Source of the DNA: Methylobacillus sp.
GTDB taxonomy: Bacteria > Pseudomonadota > Gammaproteobacteria > Burkholderiales > Methylophilaceae
Length of the DNA: 52,468 nt
NCBI GenBank assembly: GCA_037445085.1
Contig: JBBILG010000002.1
Span: forward strand, 1-52,468
Direction of reading: 5' to 3'
The position numbers and the translations under genes were made by a program. The notes beneath the pieces were generated by a model. It was not told where the DNA came from, did no database searches, and saw nothing but the letters and a program-made list of their open reading frames with translations. Below, in pieces: positions 12,857 through 20,483 of the stretch (position 1 is the first letter of the stretch; each line of letters starts with the position of its first letter).

Positions 12857-13438
12857 TCAATCCAGCTTCTTCCGGATCGACACCGCGCCCCGGATGGACC
12901 CCGCGCTATAGCCGGTGGCCTGGTCGCCCGGATATTCCCTGGCAAGGATGGCCTTGACCCCGTCGGAGATCTGGTAGGGCTGACCGTGGCATTGCAGGCA
13001 CATGGGCTGGGTGGGGATGGCCTTTATGTAGCGGAACCAGCGGCCGTCGGCGTCTTCGGTGACCGTGGCCTTTTCCATGCCGGCGAGCGGTTCGCGCTGG
13101 CGCAGGCGAATCTCGAAACCCTCCAGGGTGCTGGTTTCCCAGGTATCGGGCACGCCCAGGGTGGGGTTGCGCGGCTTGAGCGAGACGCGTTTGACTGCGC
13201 GGCCATTCCGGGAGTATTCGGCGGCGAGGGCGGGGGCGACTTCCTTGCAGGTGGCGATGGCGCTTTCCGGGCCGCCGGTTTCCAGCTGCTGCTTGAGCAC
13301 GCCGGCGAGCTTCTGCATGAACTCCTGCGCGGTCTTGCGTGCCTCTTCGGTGTAGCGCGCGGCCGGGTCGTCAGCGGCATGGACGCTGCCGGCGAACAGG
13401 GTCGCGCCGGCCAGCAGGGACTGCATGGTCTTGGTCAT
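12857..13438 (-). CDS. Periplasmic c-type haem protein, DUF3365 (Tll0287-like sensor domain)
   Basis: Signal peptide (MTKTMQSLLAGATLFAGSVHA), a single CxxCH motif (CLQCHG), and a strong GGAGG RBS before the ATG at 13438. Confidence 0.7.
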   Translation of the reverse strand: MTKTMQSLLAGATLFAGSVHAADDPAARYTEEARKTAQEFMQKLAGVLKQQLETGGPESAIATCKEVAPALAAEYSRNGRAVKRVSLKPRNPTLGVPDTWETSTLEGFEIRLRQREPLAGMEKATVTEDADGRWFRYIKAIPTQPMCLQCHGQPYQISDGVKAILAREYPGDQATGYSAGSIRGAVSIRKKLD

Positions 13439-13513
13439 GAGCTTATCCTCCAGTGAACATCGACGGTATTTTGTCCCCATTTTAGCCGCCCGAGTTCATT
13501 CTGGCGATGCCGC

Positions 13514-14071
13514 TCAGACCCGCTGCGGGGGGCGCTTGGCCAGCTTTCTTTGCAGGGTGCGGCGGTGCATGTTGAGGGCGCGCGCGGTGGCGGAAACGTT
13601 GCCGTCGTGCTCGGCGAACACGCGCTGGATGTGCTCCCACTCCAGGCGGTCCACGCTCAGGGGATGGGCGGCGACGGCGGCTTTGGTGTCGCCTTCGGCG
13701 CGGTCGAAGGCGGCCACCACCTCGGCTGCATCCACCGGCTTGGCGAGATAGTAGGTGGCACCCAGCTTGATGGCTTCCACCGCCGTGGCGATGCTGGCAT
13801 AGCCGGTGAGCACCACGATGCGGGTGGCGGGGTCGAGCGCGTGCAAGCGGCGCACCAGCGCCAGGCCGGAATCGCCTGGCATCCTGAGGTCGACCAGCGC
13901 GTACTCCGGCGTCTCGCGCTGCGCCAGGGCCAGCGCGGAGGCGGCATCGTGCGCCACGCTGACGGCATAGCCGCGGCGGGTGAGCGCGCGCGCCATCACC
14001 TCGCAGAAAGTAGGGTCGTCGTCCGCCAGCAGCAGGGTGGGGCGTTCGTCGTCGCCTGCAGCGGCGGTCAC
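13514..14071 (-). CDS. regA: RegA/PrrA/ActR-family redox response regulator (REC + Fis-type HTH)
   Basis: Receiver domain (LLLADDD...VDLRMPG...KP) and C-terminal NVSATARALNMHRRTLQRKL. The GTG start overlaps the kinase stop (GTGA). Confidence 0.85.
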   Translation of the reverse strand: MTAAAGDDERPTLLLADDDPTFCEVMARALTRRGYAVSVAHDAASALALAQRETPEYALVDLRMPGDSGLALVRRLHALDPATRIVVLTGYASIATAVEAIKLGATYYLAKPVDAAEVVAAFDRAEGDTKAAVAAHPLSVDRLEWEHIQRVFAEHDGNVSATARALNMHRRTLQRKLAKRPPQRV

Positions 14072-15348
14072 GGCCGGTTCCCCGCGGCGAGCGCGTGCAG
14101 CGGCAGCCGCACGCGCGTGATGGCGCCACCGGCGGCATGGTTCTCCAGGCTGACGCTGCCGCCCAGGCGGCCGAGGATGGTGCGCGCCAGATAGAGGCCG
14201 AGCCCCATGCCATGCTCCTGCTTGGTGGTGAAAAAAGGGGCGCCGACCCGCGCAGCCACTTCCGGTGCCAGGCCGGGGCCATCGTCGACAATGTCCAAGT
14301 GCAGCTCGCCGGCATCCCACTGGCCGCGGATTTCCAGGCGCGTGGCGGCGGCGTCGGCGGCGTTATCCAGCAGGTTGGCGAGCGCTTGGCCGAGGGTGCG
14401 GTCGCCGACGATGGTGGGCGCCGGGATGCTGCCGGACAGCGTGCAGGCCACGCTGGTATCGGGGCGCAGATCGCGCCAGCGCGCGATGGTGTGGTCGAGG
14501 AAGACATCCAGCGGCTGCCCGTGGACGGCGCGCTCCTGGCCGGCAGCGGCGGTGATGGAGGTGAGGATTTCCTTGCAGCGCGCGACCTGGGCGCGTATCA
14601 GGGCGAGTGAGGCGGCCGGTTGCGGCCGGTCGTGCAGTTCCTCGGCCAGTTCGCCGGCGGTTACGGCGATCGTCGCCAGCGGCGTGCCCAGTTCGTGGGC
14701 GGCGGCGGCGGCCAAGGTGCCCAGTGCGAGCATGCGCTCACTTTCCAGTGCTTTTTCGCGCGCTTCCGCCACCAGGCGGTCATATTCCCGCAGGTTCTGA
14801 CCGATGCGCGTGACGAACACGGCAACCAGTCCGGCGCTGACCAGGAAGCCCAGCCACATGCCGACCAGGTGGATATCCAAGCCGGCGCCAGCCAGAGTGT
14901 GCACATGCAGGTGCGATAGCGGTACGTGAAAGAACACCAACAGGGAGTAACAGGCCATCGCCAGCAGCGCCAGCAGCCAGACGTGACGCGCGCGCAGGGC
15001 CACGGCGGCGACGGCGACCGGCAGCAGGTACATCCAGGCGAAGGGATTGCTGTAGCCGCCGGTGAAGTAGAACAGCACGGTGAGCGCGGCAAGGTCGGCC
15101 AGCAACTGGAGCAGGATTTCGCCTTCGCCGGCGTGGCCGGCATGGCGCAGCCGCAGCCAGGTGATGCCGTTGAGCAGCAGCATGCCGCCCAGCGCGATGC
15201 CGACCGGCAGCAGGGGGAGCGGGATGTGGAGGAAGTGCAGCAGCAGCGCGACGGATGCCAGGAAGGCCACCATGGCGCCGCGCAGCCAGAACAGCCGGCG
15301 CAGATTGTGCAGGGCGGCGCTCTGGTGAGGCCGGTCGGGAGTATGCAT
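14068..15348 (-). CDS. regB: RegB/PrrB/ActS-family redox sensor histidine kinase
   Basis: Multi-TM N-terminus carrying the GGxxNPF quinone-site motif (TGGYSNPF), H-box AAAHELGTPL, a conserved Cys in VARCKEIL, and a HATPase domain with G-boxes. Confidence 0.85.
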   Translation of the reverse strand: MHTPDRPHQSAALHNLRRLFWLRGAMVAFLASVALLLHFLHIPLPLLPVGIALGGMLLLNGITWLRLRHAGHAGEGEILLQLLADLAALTVLFYFTGGYSNPFAWMYLLPVAVAAVALRARHVWLLALLAMACYSLLVFFHVPLSHLHVHTLAGAGLDIHLVGMWLGFLVSAGLVAVFVTRIGQNLREYDRLVAEAREKALESERMLALGTLAAAAAHELGTPLATIAVTAGELAEELHDRPQPAASLALIRAQVARCKEILTSITAAAGQERAVHGQPLDVFLDHTIARWRDLRPDTSVACTLSGSIPAPTIVGDRTLGQALANLLDNAADAAATRLEIRGQWDAGELHLDIVDDGPGLAPEVAARVGAPFFTTKQEHGMGLGLYLARTILGRLGGSVSLENHAAGGAITRVRLPLHALAAGNRP

Positions 15349-15383
15349 GTGCCGATTTTATCCTGCATTCCACGGTAAAGTCT

Positions 15384-15398
15384 GCGGCATTCTGCCGC
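15384..15398. promoter_or_regulatory. RegA/RegR/PrrA-type binding box upstream of regB
   Basis: GCGGCATTCTGCCGC fits GNGRCRTTNNGNCGC and GCGNC-N5-GNCGC at every defined position. It is palindromic and lies 36-50 nt upstream of the regB ATG. Confidence 0.5.
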
Positions 15399-15459
15399 AT
15401 TCTCGCCGCTGCCGGCCGCCTCTACAATGCCAGGAAAACACCAAGGGGGAGCTGAGGCA

Positions 15460-16370
15460 TGGCTGGCAGCGCCTGCTGCTGACGGGTGGCACCCGCGTGC
15501 TGCCCAGCGGTGCCATCCGCTACGACTATGACAATCACCCTGCCACCCTGCAGACCGGGAGCAAGCGCCGGCCGGAAAGCACCGAGGTGGATTTCAGCTA
15601 CGTCAGCCCCAAGCTGGGCGCCACCTGGCAGCTTGGGGGCTGCCAGCCTGTTCATCAGCTATGCCGAGGGCTTTCGCGTGCCGTCCGAAGGCCAGCTGTT
15701 CCAGCAGGGCAGCAATGCCAGCACGGTGGAACTCAAGCCCATCCGGGCGCGCAATGTCGAGATCGGTTTGCGCGGCCGCGCAGGCCCGCTGGAATACTCG
15801 CTGGCCGTATTCCACCTGAAGAAGATCGACGATGTGCTCAGCTTCAAGGATCCGGACAGCGGCGTCACCACTGCCACCAGCAACGGTGAGACCAGCCACA
15901 AGGGGGTCGAGCTGGGGCTGACGGCGCGACGGGCCGACAACCTGGAACTGAGCGGGGCGTTCTCCTGCATCCGGCATCGCTACGACGAATGGGTGGCCAA
16001 CGGCATCGACTTCTCCGGCAACGAGATCGAGAGCGCGCCGCGTTTCCTCGGCAACGTCACGCTGGACTGCCGGCAGGCGCTGCTCAACCGCGGCGGCGTG
16101 GTGCTGGAATGGGTGGGCGTGGGCAGCTACCGCATCGACCGGGCCAACACCCCCGGCCAGAAGTACGACGGGCACGACCTCTGTAACCTGCGCGCCAACT
16201 GGTTCCTCAGCCGCGAATGGGAAGTCTACGGCCGCGTCATGAACCTCGCCGATCGCCGCTACGCCGAGGTGGCATCCTACACCTCCAGCGGGCGCGAATA
16301 CGCGCCCGGCCTGCCGCGCACCGCCTACGTCGGGCTGGTATATCATTGGGATTCCCGACCCGAGCGATGA
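15460..16370 (+). pseudogene. TonB-dependent receptor remnant, 5'-truncated and frameshifted
   Basis: Only the C-terminal barrel, about 300 aa, is present. Frame 2 reads ...YVSPKLGATWQLG. After the G5 run at 15635-15639, frame 0 reads AASLFISYAEGFRVPS...GLVYHW, ending on an aromatic residue. There is no plug domain or signal peptide. Confidence 0.7.
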
Positions 16371-16380
16371 TCTCCCGCCC

Positions 16381-17580
16381 ATGACCCGTATCCTGTTGCT
16401 TTTGTGGCCGCTGTGGCTGGCGCTGCCGGCGGCGGCGCATGACGAGCAAGCCCATGCGCCCCCCGCTCGCGAAGCTGCCGCGTCTGGCCAGCCGCTGGCG
16501 CTGAGCGCTGCGTTCGACCGGAAGGGGCGCCTGTGGCGCGCCTACGTGCGTGACGGCCAGGTGCTGGTGGATCGCTCCGCGGACCGCGGCAAGACCTTCG
16601 GCACGGCGGTCGCCGTCAATGCCCGGCCGGAAAAGATCGGTGCGGCGGGCGAACTGCGCCCCAAGCTGGCGTTCGGCCTGGAGAACGACGTCTACGTGTC
16701 GTGGACGCAGCTGCTGGCGCAGCCTTATGCCGGGCACATCCGCTTCAGCCGCTCCAGCGACGGCGGCCGCAGCTTTTCCGCGCCCGTCGTGGTCAACCAT
16801 GACCGCAGCGAAATCACCCGCCGCTTCGATGCGCTCGCGGTGACGCCGGACGGGCGCGTGTGGCTGGCGTGGATAGACAAGCGCGACCTGGTCGCCGCCA
16901 AGGCGGCGGGCCGGCCCTACGAGGGCGCGGCGATCTACTATGCGGTGTCAGATGACGGCGGCGCCAGCTTTTCCGTCGAGCGCAAGGCCGGCGACGCCAG
17001 CTGCGAGTGCTGCCGCATCGCCATGCAGCCGGCCTCGGACCACGCAGTGGTGGCGATGTGGCGCCAGCTCTACCCCGGCGGGGTGCGCGACCACGCCATC
17101 GCCCGCCTTGACCCGGCACAGCCGACCCGGGTGCATCGTGCCAGCTTCGGCGGCTGGAAGATCGATGCCTGCCCGCACCACGGCCCCGCGCTGGCGCGCG
17201 GCGGCGACTGGGGCTGGCACATGGCCTGGTACGACGGCGGCGACAAAGCCGGGCTGTACTATGCGCGCATGGACGGCGAGGCGTGGGTGTCGTCACCGCG
17301 CCGCCGCTTCGGCGATGCCGAACGCCAGGCCGGCCGCCCGGCGCTGCTCGCCGTGGGGGAAGCGGTGTGGCTGGCGTGGAAGGAGCTGGACGAGCAGGGG
17401 GCGGTTATCCATTACGCCCATTCCGCCGACGGCGGGCGCAACTGGTCGGAGGCACGGCAGCTCGCCCGCGCCGACGGCACCACGGATTACCCCGCCCTGA
17501 TCGCCGACGGCGAACGCGCCTATCTGTCCTGGAACACCGCGCAGGGTTACCGCCTGATCGCCCTGCCGGAGGTGCCGTGA
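16381..17580 (+). CDS. Secreted BNR/Asp-box repeat beta-propeller protein (sialidase-like fold), function unknown
   Basis: Signal peptide and four Asp-boxes (SADRGKTF, SSDGGRSF, SDDGGASF, SADGGRNW). Cys/His motifs SCECCRIAM and KIDACPHHGP. Confidence 0.75.
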   Translation: MTRILLLLWPLWLALPAAAHDEQAHAPPAREAAASGQPLALSAAFDRKGRLWRAYVRDGQVLVDRSADRGKTFGTAVAVNARPEKIGAAGELRPKLAFGLENDVYVSWTQLLAQPYAGHIRFSRSSDGGRSFSAPVVVNHDRSEITRRFDALAVTPDGRVWLAWIDKRDLVAAKAAGRPYEGAAIYYAVSDDGGASFSVERKAGDASCECCRIAMQPASDHAVVAMWRQLYPGGVRDHAIARLDPAQPTRVHRASFGGWKIDACPHHGPALARGGDWGWHMAWYDGGDKAGLYYARMDGEAWVSSPRRRFGDAERQAGRPALLAVGEAVWLAWKELDEQGAVIHYAHSADGGRNWSEARQLARADGTTDYPALIADGERAYLSWNTAQGYRLIALPEVP

Positions 17581-17993
17581 GGGCGCTTGCCGCGCTGCTG
17601 CTGTGCTTGACGCTGCCCGCGGCGGCGGATTTCCGTCCCTTTGCTGCCGCCAGCCGCGCCGCCATCGAGCGCGCCCATGCCGGCCAGCCTTTCGTGCTGG
17701 CGTTCTGGTCGGTGGACTGCGTGTATTGCGCCGGGGAAATCGCGCATCTGCGCGACATGGTGCGCACGCATCCACTTGTCCTGGTGGTGCTGGTGAGTAC
17801 CGACCCGCCCGAGGCGGAGCGCTGGATGTTTGTCGGCGATGCCGAGCGCCTGATATTCGCCGTGGACCGGAAATGGCACGGCGAACTGCCGCGCAGCTAT
17901 TTCTACGACGCGGCAGGCACGGCGCGGGCCGTGTCCGGCCGGGTCGAGCCTGCCTGGCTGGAAAACTGGGCGGCGGCCACTGGCCGCCGCTGA
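17577..17993 (+). CDS. Periplasmic thioredoxin-like (TlpA-like) protein
   Basis: Signal peptide VRALAALLLCLTLPAAA and a CxxC motif in FWSVDCVYC. The GTG start overlaps the BNR gene stop (GTGA). Confidence 0.65.
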   Translation: MRALAALLLCLTLPAAADFRPFAAASRAAIERAHAGQPFVLAFWSVDCVYCAGEIAHLRDMVRTHPLVLVVLVSTDPPEAERWMFVGDAERLIFAVDRKWHGELPRSYFYDAAGTARAVSGRVEPAWLENWAAATGRR

Positions 17994-17997
17994 TGGA

Positions 17998-20280
17998 TCA
18001 GAAGTTCACCGTCACGCTGGTATTGATGGAGCGCCCCATGCCGGGCACGGCGGTGCCCCACGCGACTGCCGTGCCCATGGTGGCACCCTGGCCGAGATAG
18101 GCGCCGCCCAGCGGCAGGTCGTAATCCTGGTCCAGCAGGTTCTCGATGCCCACGTCCAGGCGCACCCGCTTCCATGCGTAACTGCTGTAGAAATTGAGCA
18201 GGCCGTAGCCTGCGGTCTTGATCTCCCTGCGCACTGACTGCACGCGATCCTTGGCGTCCACCAGCTTCATTTCCAGCGTATTGGCCCAGCCGCCCAGGCG
18301 GTGCTGCAGGGCCAGCTTCAGGTTGAGCGGCATGAGATGGTAGAGATCGTCGCCGCTGTCGAGGTTCTTGCCGCGCACGTGGCCGAGCACGCCATCAAGG
18401 CGCAGGCTGCCCCAGGCGCTGCCTCTCACCAGCACCGTGTGGCCGGCGACGTCGATGCCGTAGAGGCGCGCGCGCTGGTTGTCCAGGCTCAGGTTGACGA
18501 AACCATCCCCACGGGCCGGGCAGGTCTTGCCGACTTCGGCGCAAGGCACGGCGTCGATGTAGTCGTCCACGTAGGTGAAATACGGCGTCACGGTCAGGTT
18601 CCAGTCCTCCTTCGCGGCGTCGTGCCAGTTGCCGGTGAGGCTCAGCGTGTGCGCGGTTTCCGGGTCGAGGCGGAGATTGCCGACATAGCCGTTGCCGTCA
18701 CCATGCCAGTTGTTCATGTTCATGACCATGGTGTTGTTGGTCGACCAGGCGTAGCGCTCGTAGAGATTGGGCGAGCGGGTCTTGACGGCGTAGCCGGCCT
18801 CGTAGCGGCTGCTGGCGTTGGGCGTATAGCGGGCCAGCGCGGTGAAATCGAGGTTGTGGTCGGTGATGCTGCGGTCTGCGGCGTTGAAGGCGCCGGGGAC
18901 GCTGGCGGGGTCGGCCGGGTCGCCGTAAGCCATCATGGGCATCATCATGTCGGTGATGCTGTAGCCTTGTACCCGTCCGGTATCCATCTGCACCGTTTCG
19001 TGGCGCAGGCCGAGTTGCGTGGTCCACTGCGGCGTCCAGCGCGCCTCCCATTCGGCGAAAGCGGCATGGCGGTCGCGTTCGCCGTCGCGGATGTTCCAGA
19101 AAGCCGCCGGCCCCATCATGGGGGCGGCGTTGGCCACCGGGTCCCACCAGTCGTCCAGGCGATAGCGCTGGTACTCCGTGCCCAGTCGCAGCAGGTCGCG
19201 CTCGCTGAGTGGCGCGTCGCCCTGTAGGCGGAAGCCGGTGTTGCGGCCTTCGGTTTGCATGGGCATGCCGGCGACGTTTTGCGCCATGCCGTACCAATAC
19301 TGCTTGTCCTCGCCGAAATTCATCTCGTGGCGGGTGCGCTCATGCCAGGCCTGGGCGGTGAGCTTGCCCCAGCCGTACTGGCCGGTGTAGCGCAGGTTGA
19401 ACTGGCGGCTGTCGTTGTCGGTCATGTCCATGCGCTGGTTGGGGAAGCCTTGCTCGGGGATGCGCTGCACGCCCAGCCTGAGTTCCAGCAGGTGCTCCTC
19501 GTGCCGCAAGGCGAAAGCCAGGGCGTGGTTGTGCGCCCGGTAGTAGGTGGAACCGACCTCGTCCGTTTCGGGGAGAACCCCCAGCACCGCAGGCGACAGT
19601 CTGGACTTGAAGCCCTTGCCGGCCTCGCGGTTGTTGGCTTCCACCGTGCTGCCGGTGTAGCGCAGCGACAGCCTGTCGCCCGCCACGGCGGCCGAGAGGT
19701 CCGCTCCGCGCGCGGCGTTGTTGCTGCGGTAGAAGGTGCTGGCCTGCCCCTTGAACAGCACATCCTCGCCGGGCGCGGCAAATTCCGGCGCGGCGGAATC
19801 GACCAGGATGGTGCCGCCGATGCTGTCGCCGCCCAGACTGACCGGGTTGATACCGGCATCGCTCTTCACGCTGGCGACGTTGGCCGGGGCGATATAGGAC
19901 AGCGGCGGGTTCATGTGGTTGGCACAGGCGGAAATCAGGTCCATGCCGTCCACCTTGATGCGCAGGCGGTCGCCCGCCAGGCCGCGCATGGCCGGCCGGC
20001 TGGAAACCCCGCCGGCGCCGTACAGGCTGATGCCGGGCAGGCCATCGAGCAGGCGAGCGGTGTCGCTGCTGCGGGCACGCTGCGGCTCCAGTTCCGCCGC
20101 CGTCAGTTCGGCGGCGCCCAGGGAGGGCAGCGGCTGCAGGGTGGCTTCCGTCACGTTTACCGGCGGGGTGAGCAGGGGGGGCTCGGCGTATGCCACAGGC
20201 ACGAAGGCCAGGGCCAGCAGCGCAGGCAGGCGCCTGGGTCGCAGCAGGTTCGCGGGATGCGGTGTCATGGGTGTGCTCAT
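17998..20280 (-). CDS. TonB-dependent receptor, OprC/NosA-like (putative copper receptor)
   Basis: 760 aa with a signal peptide, plug and 22-strand-type barrel, ending ...VTVNF. CxxxM (C119ANHM123), HxM (H318EM320) and the Met-rich stretch DMMMPMMAYG are present. Confidence 0.85.
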   Translation of the reverse strand: MSTPMTPHPANLLRPRRLPALLALAFVPVAYAEPPLLTPPVNVTEATLQPLPSLGAAELTAAELEPQRARSSDTARLLDGLPGISLYGAGGVSSRPAMRGLAGDRLRIKVDGMDLISACANHMNPPLSYIAPANVASVKSDAGINPVSLGGDSIGGTILVDSAAPEFAAPGEDVLFKGQASTFYRSNNAARGADLSAAVAGDRLSLRYTGSTVEANNREAGKGFKSRLSPAVLGVLPETDEVGSTYYRAHNHALAFALRHEEHLLELRLGVQRIPEQGFPNQRMDMTDNDSRQFNLRYTGQYGWGKLTAQAWHERTRHEMNFGEDKQYWYGMAQNVAGMPMQTEGRNTGFRLQGDAPLSERDLLRLGTEYQRYRLDDWWDPVANAAPMMGPAAFWNIRDGERDRHAAFAEWEARWTPQWTTQLGLRHETVQMDTGRVQGYSITDMMMPMMAYGDPADPASVPGAFNAADRSITDHNLDFTALARYTPNASSRYEAGYAVKTRSPNLYERYAWSTNNTMVMNMNNWHGDGNGYVGNLRLDPETAHTLSLTGNWHDAAKEDWNLTVTPYFTYVDDYIDAVPCAEVGKTCPARGDGFVNLSLDNQRARLYGIDVAGHTVLVRGSAWGSLRLDGVLGHVRGKNLDSGDDLYHLMPLNLKLALQHRLGGWANTLEMKLVDAKDRVQSVRREIKTAGYGLLNFYSSYAWKRVRLDVGIENLLDQDYDLPLGGAYLGQGATMGTAVAWGTAVPGMGRSINTSVTVNF

Positions 20281-20483
20281 TATTCAGGACAGGACAATCC
20301 GCGATATTAGGGATTTGTCGTCCCGCGCGGAATGCGGCATATCGTCGCAGTGCCGTGGCCCGCCCGGAGGGTTGATCTTCGCGCCACGCTCTTCTACAGT
20401 GCTGAAGTCGTTTTCTAGCGCCGCGGGCTATATGCCAGGAAGGAGTTGCCCAAAATGATAACAGCGCACTCACAGCCAGACCG

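Noticed and set aside
15394-15409. Second RegR-type box (GCCGCATTCTCGCCGC) adjacent to the first.
   Set aside because: It fails the consensus at position 3 and in half-site spacing. It is probably just a duplication of the GCATTCT core.
20300-20480. Possible cobalamin riboswitch or other leader upstream of the TonB-dependent receptor.
   Set aside because: Only a vague resemblance (GGCCACGGCACTG versus the GCCACTG B12-box core). None of the other conserved riboswitch helices or motifs is present. The receptor carries copper-type rather than BtuB-type features.
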